Assembly: GCA_030770535.1 (NCBI GenBank)
Contig: JASVEC010000003.1
Location: 1,240,001-1,304,000, forward strand
Direction: 5' to 3'
Source of the DNA: Batkoa obscura
Taxonomy: Eukaryota
DNA length: 64,000 nucleotides
Part shown: piece by piece, positions 1 through 11,476 of the stretch
Numbering within the stretch: the stretch's first letter is position 1
Layout of the letters: every line of letters begins with the position of its first letter
Translations under genes and position numbers: made by a program
Notes under the pieces: generated by a model
The model's input: the letters and a program-made list of their open reading frames with translations, nothing else
The model's database searches: none
Told to the model about the DNA's origin: nothing

Positions 1-1254
1 ACATGACATTAATATTAATTAGTTTACAAAATTCTCCATATACTTCGGAGATTGGAATCATCATCTTTGAATTTGCTTGGTATTTCAAATTCAACCTAAA
101 TTTTTTATTAGTTATTAACTAAGTGACTATAAATTTGCTTACCAATTTTGAAACTGCTTTGATTCTTTAAGTTTAGCACTTTCTGAAGAAGCATCAAAAT
201 ATAAGGAATCTTCTCTTTTATCCGATAAATAAGTCCTTAACAAACTTAAAAAGGTACGATATAAATTGCCTGGAAAACTTAAAATAAAAGCTGAAAAGTC
301 TTCCAAAGCAAAATAAGCATACAATGAAAAAAATTCAGCTGTATGACAAACTAATTCCTCATCATAAGATAAAGTAATCAATTCAATAGCTCTTTGGACA
401 TAAACTTTAGATTGTAAAAAATCGGAAGCTTTTGAGCATTCTTTACCTAATAGTATCCTCGACATGCATCTCAGTGAAGAGATTATTTTAGATCGATCAT
501 AACTGTTTAAGAGCTGATATAGGCTTAAAAACATTTCCTTATCCATCCTTATAAAAGAACATGCATTTTCAAATAAATCAAGGCAATGACTTATAAGTTC
601 CGGATACCCTTTAGTGTCCATAAAAGAGGTTAAAGGAATCTCGCAACTCATCAACTGTTTAATAGTCTTCAAAATTATCTTTGAGTTACAAATCAACTTT
701 GCGTTGGCTGGTATTAAGCTGAAGTTCCTTAAAATTAGTATGGTTACCAGAAAATGTTCTGAGACTAAACTTCCATGCTTCTGATCAAGAGTGTTGTTAA
801 AATTCTGAAATTCTTCTTGTGTTATTTCTTCCAATTTTTCAAAAAGCAATATATTGTTATCTAATGTATAACTTGGTGGACAAAAATAAGACCATTCAAT
901 AAGCAGCTCAAAAGCCCACGAAATCTCATTAGGCAACCCACTTTCTAAAGCTAAATAAAGTCGATCCGTGTTTAGCATCCAATCAAAATCTAGATGGTAA
1001 TATAATTATGCTCTAATTAAAGTTTACTTTCTAAAATGATTTAGTCGCTTACCTAGTGGCCCATGATAAAACTCAGTTAACTCTCTTTTAAATAAATGTT
1101 CTGGTAAATTATTGCTAGTCTCCGGTCCAAGTGTTTGAATTGGAATTGGAGTGCTAGAATCAAAGGAGTCTGGTCTTGGTAAAATGCTGGCTCTTGTAAC
1201 TATCCTTGGTAATGTGTTTACAAATTGAAAGCTATTGGCACTTGATTGACTCAT
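1..1254 (-). CDS. RSC9: RSC/PBAF chromatin-remodelling subunit Rsc9-like; 3' end runs off the window
   Basis: Exons 1254-1053, 989-143 and 95-<1 splice in frame via GT-AG introns. Motif RLYLALESGLPNEISWAFELL is typical of Rsc9/ARID2. Exon 3 starts an RFX-like winged helix (WLNLKYQ...ISEVYGEFC). Confidence 0.7.
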
Positions 1255-1795
1255 AGTTTTTTTTGAATTTTAAAAGCAAAAAATCAATTCTTTTTATAAG
1301 TTAGTTTAATATTTAGCTTGATTTATTGCAACTTTTGCAATTAAGTGTGAATGCCATAAAAACCACTCCTTTAATTAACAAGTACTATTTGGCGCTTTTT
1401 GGCTAAGAGGGCCAATTTGTATGTGATTATTATGAGAAAATATATTACTCAGTCAGTTTCACTTTAACTGATACTTTGATTAATTGACATTGTTTCCTAT
1501 CAATTGTCATATTTTCTATCCCTTTTAGCTTAAAAATTGCTAAATTTAGAAATCTTCGAGTAAACGCAAAATGAATTATTATAAAAAATTTAAGCTTTCC
1601 TAAAAAACAGGTCCTTTTTTCAGAAATAAAGTGCTGGCCCAAAATATATAAATCTAATCAAAAAGTGAAAAATGGATTCAACCATGCTTTAATTCTAAAA
1701 TAATAAAAGATGTTTTTAACTATTTTTAACTTAACAACAAATATATTTACTATGGTAACTTAATATAAAGAATTCAAAAACAGCATAATATAAGG

Positions 1796-2357
1796 TGTGA
1801 AAGCTGGTACTCAGTGGTTGGAGTTAAAAGCAGTTCTTACTTGATTAACTAGCCTTGAGTCGAAAAGTCTTAGTTTATGTAACTAACATAGACTTAACTT
1901 AATAGGAATAATACGTAATAAACTACGAACTATGTAAAACAAATATAATAGGAGATACTACTGTATAATCTACGTAAGATATTGTCAGAAAGACTTAGTA
2001 GCTTTATTGATGGTACGATATCAGGGAGTAACTCAATTAAAAAGCCTCGAGTTATCATATTGAAGAATCTCTTTTATACTCTTTGCAATATGAAGTTGAA
2101 AATTCTCACAGCAAATCAAAACAAGGAACTCTAGATTGATTATACCACATGATTTACGGTTAAATTGGTTACAAGACTACCACTAGCTTTGTAAACAAAT
2201 TAAATAATTATTATCTTATAATTAATCCAAGAGCTGATAAAGCAGTATTTGGGGATGTATTTTTGTGTTTGAGAATTTTGCTAACAATATTTCCACTCAA
2301 ATAGCGCTTAAAAAATGGAAAAAATAATGAAGCCAAAAAAAACACCCCCATTTCACA
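1796..2357 (+). mobile_element. TGTGAAA...TTTCACA element (solo LTR or Ginger-like non-autonomous element), carrying a MITE
   Basis: Terminal 7-bp inverted repeat, AAGG 4-bp target duplication, homologous to six other copies. Confidence 0.8.
2251..2349 (+). mobile_element. ~100 bp GGGG...CCCC MITE
   Basis: Matches family consensus; ATTT TSD; nested in the element at 1796. Confidence 0.85.
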
Positions 2358-2901
2358 AAGGCATGATATTTTAAAAGTAAGTTTTTATTTATTATAAGTT
2401 TTTTAATAATAATAATTGACTAACTTAAATAAATAGTAATTTTTATCATGTTATAAACATAATTAATTCAATAAAAAAATCAATATTAATAATTAAATAT
2501 TTTAGTATAAATTATGAAATAAATCAATTTATATTTGTTTTTACTGTAGTATTTTTAATTACTATTATTAGTTTCATTTTATTTAATAATATATTTTTAA
2601 ATTTCTGTTTATTAATTAGTTTTTATTTATTAAAATGACTGTATTAGATATTTAAAATATTATTGTTGGTTATTAAAATGCTGGGTTTATATAGTTTTGT
2701 TTTATATTATTATTTAATATGGGGGTGTCCGAATTGGTTTCAGAATTTAACTAGAAATTAATCCAAATTTTAAGTTTTTAAATTTGTGAGTCTTTAATGT
2801 ATGATCAGCTAAATTTAAAAAGCTTAAGACTAAATATAAAAATTTAACTTAAAGACTTATTTTATTTATTTTATTTTATTTTATTTTTTTGATTATATGT
2901 T

Positions 2902-3261
2902 TGTGAAAGTTAGTACTCAGTAATTGGAGTTAGAGGCAGTTCTAGCTTAGTTAACTGGCCGTAAGTCAAAAGGCCTTAGTTTATGTAGCTAAGATAGACT
3001 TAAATCAATAGGAGTAATACGCAATAAGCCACGAGCTATGTAAAATAAATAGAATACAGGATATTACTATAAAATCTACATAAGATATTGTCAGAAAGAT
3101 TTAGTGGCTTTATTAAAAGTAAAATATTAGGGAACAATTTAATTAAAAAGCCTTGAGCTATTATGTTGAAGAATCTATTTTATACTCAACTAGTTTTGTA
3201 AACAAGTTAAGTGATTATTATGCGATAATCAATCACAGAGATGATGAAACGATATTTCACA
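2902..3261 (+). mobile_element. TGTGAAA...TTTCACA element, short subtype, inside Sola2 copy 1
   Basis: Termini and homology to the family; the same position is occupied in copy 2. Confidence 0.8.
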
Positions 3262-3352
3262 GTGTTTTGTATTTTTTATTAAATATTCAATAGCTATATA
3301 ATATATAATTATATAGTTATTTGACTTTGTTTTTTGTTAAAATAAAAACAAA

Positions 3353-5525
3353 ATGCAAGCTTTTATAACTAAACTTCGAAATGGAATTTCTAAAAACTTT
3401 AATACGGTAGGGAGAAGCACATTATATAAACATTGTAATTCATTTACATCAATTTTAGCAACTATTCACAATAGCCCAAAGTTTATGGAATTTTATAATA
3501 AAACAAAAAAAAGAAAAGAAATGTTATTAAATTTTACTATTAATAATAACAAACTTAATCAAGCAATGTATAAAATTAGTACTTTAAGGGAAACAGGAAA
3601 TAAAAACCAACAAGTAGCATTATTATCGACTATAGCTTCAGTATATTCTTTTGATGAATGTAAAAGTTTTGGATTTAATATAAGTAAAAATCAATATGAT
3701 TATTCAAAAATAATTAATAATAATAAAATACCAACGTTACGACCTACTATCAAAAATACAAAAAAAATTAAAGATGAGCAAATTGAGATTATTATACAAT
3801 ATTTACTTGATAATTCAACTATTTCATCAAGATTTAGTAAAAAAAATAATGATAAATATTCGTCAGAGAATATATATACATTAAATAAAAGTAGAAGAAT
3901 GATATACAGTAAGTATTTTAATGATTTAAAAGATAAAGCAGTAGTCAGGTCAACATTTTTCAAATATATACCAAATAATTTTAAAAATCCAGCAAGAAAA
4001 ACAGATTTATGTAATATATGTGCCCAGTATACAGTTAGAAAAAAGTTATTTGAAAATAAAATAAATACAGCAACAAAAAATAAAGCAGAGATAGAAGAAT
4101 CTTTTAATAAAGAAAAAAGGTTATATAAATTACATGAATTTTGTGTTGATACTCAAAAAAACATACTTAATGAAACTATTGAAAAATTAAATAATAGAAG
4201 TTGTATAATAATTTTAGACTTTAAACAAAATATGGAAATAGGAACAAGACCAGATCCAATAAATTTAGATCATTATAATAAACAAGCTATATCAGTATTA
4301 GGGTTTGGCGTTTTATATTTAAAAAATGATAAAACAATAGGCAAAGTTTATTTTGATTATTTATCTGAAATATTAAATCATGATTCAGCATATGCAGGAG
4401 ATTGTTTAATTGATTTAATATCTAAAGAGCCTTTATTTAAAAAGTTTACAAAAATTAATATATGGGCAGATACAGGATATCATTTTAAATCTCAAGAGTT
4501 TTTACATTATGTATTTGAAGAAATTTATAAAATAAATAGTAGTTTAAATATTGATTTTAATTTTTTTGCTGAGCATCATCGAGAAAGTATAGTTGACGGG
4601 CATTTTGGAAATCTTTCACAGTGGAAAAATAGTTTTGAAGCATTAGGTAAAATAGAAGATATTGATCAATTAATTTCAAAATTTGAGATTTTTGTTTGTG
4701 TGTGAAAGTTGATACTTATTGGTCGAAGTTAAAAGCTACTCTTGCTTAATTAACTTGCCTTGAGTCGAAGGGTCTTAGTTTATGTAACTAAGGTAGACTT
4801 AACTTAATAGAAATAGTATGTAGTAAGCTACGAATTATGTAAAACAAATACAATGGAAGATACTACTATAAAATCTATATCAGATGTTGTCAGAAAGACT
4901 TAGTGACTTTATTAATGATACGTTATCAGGGAGTAATCCAATTAAAAAAGCCTCGAGTTATCATATTGAAGAATCTCTTTTATACTCCAATAAGTATGGA
5001 TATCAAAACGAGAAGATAATATTCTTTGCAATATGAAGTTAGAAATTCTCGCAGCAAATCAAAATAAGGGACTCGGACTTGGTTGTGTTTGAACTTGAGA
5101 ACACAACAACTTAAATCATTGTTGTGTTATAATCAATCCGAGAGCTAGATAAAGCAATATTTCACAGTGAAAATAATAGATTTAATAACTCAACTGTCAA
5201 TAATGGGCAAATAAATATAATTTTTAAAAAGTATGAAAGAAACAAAGATACAAAAAAAATAATAAAAATAAAAGGTATTAAAAAGTATTTACATTTTATT
5301 AAACGTGGTAAAAAACTACACTGTTATCCAGTATCTGATAGATCAAAAAAAAGCGATATAATTTCAATTAAAGTTATAGAGTCTATAGAGGATAGAAAAA
5401 TTAAAAGGTCAACCCCAGCTTATCTTACAAAAATAACTGAGAATTTAAAAGTTTCAATATTTAGTAAGCAAGTAAGTAGTTTATTAGATGATAGAAATCA
5501 ATTATTAAATGTTGATATTACTTAA
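3353..5525 (+). pseudogene. Sola2-like transposase interrupted by an insertion at 4701-5166
   Basis: Motifs TDLCNIC, ILDFKQN, WADTGYHFKS, SIVDGHFG and IKGIKKYLHF. Removing the insert and its GTG duplication restores an open frame of about 567 aa ending at TAA 5523-5525. Confidence 0.8.
4701..5166 (+). mobile_element. TGTGAAA...TTTCACA element, long subtype, in transposase copy 1
   Basis: Empty site visible in copy 2 (TTTGTTTGTGAAAATAAT); GTG duplicated. Confidence 0.85.
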
Positions 5526-6639
5526 ATTATTAATAGCTAAGTTAATAAATAGTCAAAGAGCAAGTAGTTGTAATAATAAGTAAAAACTATTATTATACTG
5601 CTTGTGTTACATAGGGATGGTTAATTGTAGTTTTAAGGCTAACCACTCCCTCCCATGCAGCTATTTATTAACTTAGCGATATATTAATAATGTAATTATA
5701 ACATTAAAATAATTTATTTATTTGATAGCAAATCTGCAATGTTGAATATAAAACAGTCAATAATAAATATTTCTTAATAAAGTTATATAAAAGTATATAC
5801 TTATTTACATATTACAACTTTGACTAATATCACTATACAGGCTATATTAGTAAAATCTTTACTAATCCAGGAATTTATATTAAATTTAATAAAAATTCCG
5901 CTAATTGACAATATAAATTATAACAAAATAATTTAAAACTGTGTCGGGTACTTTTGGCTTTTAATAAAGAATTTATTTTTATAGAATTTTAAGCAAAGTT
6001 TTTAAAATATAAATATTTAAAAATTGGATAAAAAAATGAAACCAATTCGGACACCCCCATATAAAGCTTAAACTTTTTATAAATCTTATTTTAGACTATT
6101 TAACATACTATTTATTAATTTAAAAATTTATGAAAATAAGTATAATACCTACAGCTAAATTAGTAATTGCATTTGAGAGAAAAAGAGATATTAGTGCATA
6201 TAAACTCCAACTTGAAGCTGTAGTTAATATAATGTCACCAAAAGTACTAATTGCGCTACACAATCTAGCTTCAATAATAGCGAAACCTATAAAACAACCA
6301 AATATAATATATAGAGTAGTAAGAGATTCATTTAATAATATACTTATAACAATAGAATTACTAAGAAAATATATTAAGTAAAGGAGGAAGTTAAATGCAG
6401 AAATTCTATGTATAGACTTGATGTATTTTAATTGTTTATATAAAATTACACCACAAAAAAAATAAAGAATTTTGTAACGCCAAGTTACCAATTGATCACG
6501 ATATCATGTAGCTACATGTATCAATAGGGATATCGACTCTCATTGTATTCAGGAAATATAATTCTGTAAAGTTACATTTTGTTTTAATAATCCAGACTGA
6601 TTTAAATGCCCAACTAATTTGATCTGTTATTTCAAAAGA

Positions 6640-7480
6640 TGGTGATTATTTTTCTTCTACTGTAGCGGAAAAAGGTCATAAAAAAGGATTTGAATTTGAT
6701 CTTCAATCCTAAAGATATAATGCTATTATAAATACCGGAAGTTCAGATTTATTTGCTAGATGTGGAGAAAAGCATCTAGAAACAAAATTTTTGATTATAA
6801 ACTCTAATGGTATTTATATATTAAGTATTAATAGTTATCAATTCGAAAATACTTTTAATGCTAATACTAACTTCATCAATACATTTAGATTTAACATTTA
6901 CAAGCCACTGTAGTTTATTGATGCTTTAAATCTAAAAGTTCAAGGTTTTTTGATTACTCACAAATTTGATATTAAAAAAAAGTATATAGCAACGCTTGAA
7001 GTCATTACCGCTATGGAAGCATTCTCTTCAATCTCTGGCAGTACTATATTATTGTTGATTGACTCATCAATCATTTCAGCAAAATGTAAGAAAAGGTAAG
7101 TAATATTAAATTAAAATATTAAAAAGATAGTCAATGAAGACAACAATTGAATACCAATCTATTTATTGAAACTTTAGGGAATAACCTGACCTTTAAGAAA
7201 GTCGTTACTAATCGAAAGCCCAACTCTTAAACTATTTCCAGTATGAGCCTCTTCACGTTCTGCCTTCTAAAAAATTACGATTGAAATTAGCCAATTTCCA
7301 GATTTCGAATTCACTAAATCTGTTAGGATCAAATTCAAAATCATAAAACATTCCAAAAGGTTCTAAGTTGGAAAATCCCAACTTTAATACCTTGAACCTT
7401 GTAAATACCATATTGAATATAATAGTATGACTTACCTCTCGGTACTACACCTTGTCATGTTTGGCCGCTTCGGAAAGTCC
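6640..7480 (+). pseudogene. Degenerate pepsin-like aspartic protease
   Basis: AIINTGSSDLF at ~6722-6754 resembles DTGSSDLW. A frameshifted ILFN-SGSTI at ~7021-7048 resembles the second DSG(T/S)T lobe. Many stops; boundaries approximate. Confidence 0.45.
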
Positions 7481-8073
7481 TGAACTTTTACTTTAAATGA
7501 TATAAATACTCATATTAACTTTTAATAAACATTATTTTAAAATTAGAATATTAATTCAACTCATTTTCAATTTTATTTCCTTACCTTACTTGTAAAGTTA
7601 CTAATAAAATGACTTTCCTGATTAACCTGTAAAATTTCACAACAAAGAGTGACGATTTTGTCACATTTTTAGCTTTGGCTGTCATAGATATTACAAATGA
7701 TCATGGCTTTACTATTTGAACTTTATACTTTAACAGTGATGTTATTTAAATTAATAGTATGAGGCTTAAGATAAGATGAATGATTGATTTTAATTTAAAA
7801 GCTACCTCAACAAATACTGGTTCAGCGGGTACAGAATTAGCAAATCGAAAAATATGTCAGTGATTAAAAGTATCAGTCCTTCATTATTTATCATATAAAT
7901 ATATTTATTAATATATCAATAGCATCCCCTATCGATTCCAGAAGCCTTCAGGAAGGTATTGTCAAATATTGCTTCATTCTACTAGGATAAATTCACTTCA
8001 GTCATCAATTGATCACATAATTAATAAAATAATGATTGGTTTAATTGGTTTTCAATCTAATGATTATGTATAT

Positions 8074-8171
8074 GGAGCTGTTTTTTTGATTTCATTATTT
8101 TTTGCATTTTTTAAGCGCTATTTCAGCGGAAAGATTGTTGGTAAAATTCTTAAACAAAAAAATATAGATTC
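8074..8171 (-). mobile_element. MITE
   Basis: Family consensus in reverse, ATAT flanks. Confidence 0.8.
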
Positions 8172-8262
8172 ATATATTACCAACTTTAAAACTAAATGAA
8201 ACATTTCAATTAACGTCACCTGATTTAAATCAATGAATATCATACCAGGATTTTGCTCATAT

Positions 8263-8361
8263 GGGGATGTATTTTTTGTTCAAGAATTTCACCAACAATC
8301 TTTCTGCTCCAAATAGTGCTTAAAAAAGGGAAAAAATAATAAAGCTAAAAAAAACACCCCC
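8263..8361 (+). mobile_element. MITE
   Basis: Family consensus, ATAT TSD. Confidence 0.85.
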
Positions 8362-8647
8362 ATATATGTATTTCACCCCTAAATTCGAATATACATGGAC
8401 ACAGTGTTAAATTAAATCACGATTACTATAAAACTTACTAAATTACGATAGATTATAATTAACAAACTTTGGGTGTATTTATGAATTATAAATGAAGTAC
8501 CATAGATTGCTCATTTAATTTAATGAGGGATTCAAGTTTAATCTAGAAGCTATCAATAGCGACACACACTAAGTGATATAAATAGCATGATTGCTATCGT
8601 TTTTCATAAATTTATTTTTATCAAGGAATATTTTAAAATATTTGTTT

Positions 8648-9925
8648 ATGACCATGTATTCTAATTCAAATCAACAAAACACAACTAAAAAATTCAGAAG
8701 TCAAGCTGAATTGAATCAATCCAATATTAAACCTAATCGTGTACCTACATTAACCAAAGAAAAACCAACAGAAAATTCAGCTATTGTACCTAACTTAATG
8801 AAACAAGAAATTACGACAAAAGTTGACAGATATTTTAAGGCTAGAACACCCGAAGGTAATGGTGTAATAAGAGATATTATATTGAGACCAGCATTCAACA
8901 CAGATAGTATTAATGTTGGTGATAATGACTACTTATGTATTGCAAAAGTTATTGGTGTAAGTAACTATGACTCGGAAGTAATTATGTCAAATGTTTTTAT
9001 ATCTGATGAGGGACCACAAGGCAAACTTGAAAAGGATATGGCGGAATATATAGGCAAAGAATCATCCATTATAACTCAGTCCGGTTATGCAGCTAATTCT
9101 GGTCTCCTTCAGTGTTTATGTACCAATGAAACAAATGTTTATATAGATAGCTTTTTACATGCATCTTTTAGAGATGGAATCGGTTTTAGAAAACCAAAAA
9201 TGCATATCTTTAAACATAATAATGCCAATGACTTAGAAAGATTAGTAGAAAATAATGGTTATGGTATCATTGTAGTTGAAAGTATCTATAGTGTAACTGG
9301 GGACTCTACGCCTCTTGAAAAGGTAATAGATATCAAAAAAAAGTACGGGTGCTTATTAGTACTTGATGAATCGCATTCATTAGGGTTGTATGGGGAGAAA
9401 GGTAGAGGGTATACTAGTTTATTTGATCACCAGCATGTTGATATTATTACTGCTAGTTTAGCAAAAGCATTTTGTGCAAGAGCAGGGATCATAGCAGGTG
9501 ATAAAAGACTTGTTGAGTATGTAAAAGAAAATTCTATGCCTCATACATTTAGTTCATGTATCATGAACTATGACTTAGTCCGGATGCATAAGATATTAGA
9601 TAAAGTAAAAAGTATGGATAAAGAGCGAGAGCATCTTATGGACATATCAAAAGAGTTTCGAAGGGTTTTAGGGCATATTGGTGCACCATATACTAAATCT
9701 GAATTTACTTCACCAATCATTAGTTTAGTATTTCCATCCGAAAGGGAATTAGTGAAAATGAACCAATATTTATTAAAAAAAAACATATTTGCTTCATGTT
9801 TTGTTCATCCAACTACAGCTAGAGATGCTCCTTGTTTAAGGTTCACATTGAACTCAAACATTACTATGAAAGATGTCAGTTACATTATATCCCAAATATC
9901 TTCCTATAATGGTTCAAAGTTATAA
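8648..9925 (+). CDS. cqsA: CqsA/LqsA-like PLP-dependent alpha-hydroxyketone autoinducer synthase (alpha-oxoamine synthase family), intronless
   Basis: Collinear with recalled V. cholerae CqsA motifs: NDYL, MSxxF, QSGxxANxGLLQxxC, TNVYIDxFxHxS, FxHNN, GIIVVxSIYS, DESHSLG, TASLAKxFxxRAG (PLP lysine), FxSxFxxPxT and RxxLNS. First ATG at 8648; TATA-like TATATAAAT at ~8576. Confidence 0.88.
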   Translation: MTMYSNSNQQNTTKKFRSQAELNQSNIKPNRVPTLTKEKPTENSAIVPNLMKQEITTKVDRYFKARTPEGNGVIRDIILRPAFNTDSINVGDNDYLCIAKVIGVSNYDSEVIMSNVFISDEGPQGKLEKDMAEYIGKESSIITQSGYAANSGLLQCLCTNETNVYIDSFLHASFRDGIGFRKPKMHIFKHNNANDLERLVENNGYGIIVVESIYSVTGDSTPLEKVIDIKKKYGCLLVLDESHSLGLYGEKGRGYTSLFDHQHVDIITASLAKAFCARAGIIAGDKRLVEYVKENSMPHTFSSCIMNYDLVRMHKILDKVKSMDKEREHLMDISKEFRRVLGHIGAPYTKSEFTSPIISLVFPSERELVKMNQYLLKKNIFASCFVHPTTARDAPCLRFTLNSNITMKDVSYIISQISSYNGSKL

Positions 9926-10261
9926 TTTGATTAGCTAGTTTTCATAACTAAGTATGATAAACCATATTACTTTATTACTTTATTATAAAATTAAACTAAA
10001 AATAAACATTATTCAAAAACAGATTACCATTTGATTTAGTACTTCATTAGATTAGTTTGTGAGATAACAATTAAGTATTTAAACCACTAGTTTTTTGAAT
10101 CACTTTGATTTTTAAAAGTAGAGCAATAAAATAAATATTTTTGATAATATAAAAAAATGTGAAAATCTTAGAAATTTTATAACTTAAAGAATCGATCTTT
10201 TCAAAAAAACAAAACATTCAAACAAAAGATGTAGCCATTTAAAGTTTACTATAATTTTAAC

Positions 10262-11476
10262 TTACATTGATTTATAAAATAAAACATCTCCTTCATCTTC
10301 TACAAACAAACAATTTCTTGCAGATCTATACAAAGATAAATGAAGTGGTGTCTTATCATAAAGATAATATTGATCCAATTTAACTTTAAGATATTTTGTA
10401 GCTTCAATTGCATTATAGAAGGGCATCCGGGGGAACAAATGATGAGCAACATGTGAATCATTAATATGATGGAGAGCAACATTAAGAAACCAACCATAAT
10501 CACGATCAACAGTAGTTAAGCAACCTCTAACATAGTTCCATTCCTTTGGATTATAGTGGGGTAAATAAACATCCGTATGTTGTAAAAGGGTGATGATTAC
10601 TACCCAAGCGTTACAAACAAGATAGGGTATTGAATAATATCTAGTAACTGCCCAGAAGGAAGTTATTTTAATAAAATAAGCAATTACAAATAATGCTACC
10701 ATTAAACCAGCGTCTGAAAGTAAAACATCAAATGCTTGGTGTGGACGAAAAAGTGGAGATTTTGGATCGAAATGAGAAACATTCTGGTTATAACGTTTAC
10801 CAGAAGCATTGCATATAAGATAAGCGGGCAATCCAATTAGCAAAATTTTGATTAAGTATAAAACTGTATAGATTGGAGCTGATTTAACGGACCCATTTAT
10901 TGTATCATACAGCTTATTGTACTCACTCCTCGTAATTGGTACGTATCCTTGATCCTCATATAAATGAGCAGTATGAGCATGATGACGAGCATGAGAAATA
11001 GCCCAAGAGAAATATGGGATCAACAATGCACTGTGTAATACAAATCCAGTAAAATCATTAATAATTCTATAATCTGAGAATGCTTGATGACCACATTCAT
11101 GAGCAACAACCCATAGTGCAGTCAAGAATACACCTTGGAAAAACCAATACAATGGCCATAAAATCAATTGAATAATAAACGAAAAAGTATTAAAGTAAGT
11201 TGCAATATAAAATAAACCGGAGCATATTAATAAATCAGTCAATAGGTAAAGAGAATATTTAACTGTAGAGCGCTTGAACAAATGAGATGGTATACTATCA
11301 CGCAATTCCTTCATTGTGAAATTTGGCGGTGTATAGTTTTTATGATAGAACTCAATGCCTTCATTACTAGCTATATAGCTTAAATCATTTGCTTTGAATA
11401 CATTGTCTTTCAAATTGTTATAGTGTATTGAATCAATTTTTTTATTGCTATAATTAATTATTTCTGGTGGAGACAT
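10262..11476 (-). CDS. FAD2: Delta-12/omega-6 (FAD2-like) fatty acid desaturase, intronless
   Basis: Three His boxes (HECGH, HARHH, HVAHH); N-terminal PPNFTMKELRDSIPSHLF; LQHTD and TVDRDYG motifs. Confidence 0.9.
   Translation of the reverse strand: MSPPEIINYSNKKIDSIHYNNLKDNVFKANDLSYIASNEGIEFYHKNYTPPNFTMKELRDSIPSHLFKRSTVKYSLYLLTDLLICSGLFYIATYFNTFSFIIQLILWPLYWFFQGVFLTALWVVAHECGHQAFSDYRIINDFTGFVLHSALLIPYFSWAISHARHHAHTAHLYEDQGYVPITRSEYNKLYDTINGSVKSAPIYTVLYLIKILLIGLPAYLICNASGKRYNQNVSHFDPKSPLFRPHQAFDVLLSDAGLMVALFVIAYFIKITSFWAVTRYYSIPYLVCNAWVVIITLLQHTDVYLPHYNPKEWNYVRGCLTTVDRDYGWFLNVALHHINDSHVAHHLFPRMPFYNAIEATKYLKVKLDQYYLYDKTPLHLSLYRSARNCLFVEDEGDVLFYKSM

Larger units (their letters stand above)
2721..6058 (+). 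mobile_element. Sola2-like DNA transposon, copy 1
   Basis: TIR GGGGGTGTCCGAATTGGTTTCA at both ends, ATAT 4-bp TSD, internal DDD-type transposase. Confidence 0.8.

Noticed and set aside
4698..5167. Insert in the transposase removed as a GT...CAG intron
   Set aside because: The available GT donors remove 470 or 468 nt, whereas 469 is needed to restore the frame.
8591..8647. TTG start given by the ORF track for the cqsA-like gene
   Set aside because: Eukaryotic context; it lies just after the TATA-like box, and ATG 8648 is more plausible.
8648..9925. Bacterial contamination, or an ordinary BioF/serine palmitoyltransferase
   Set aside because: Base composition matches the host and the flanks carry host MITEs; the motifs are CqsA-like. 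A chimeric assembly cannot be fully excluded without reads.
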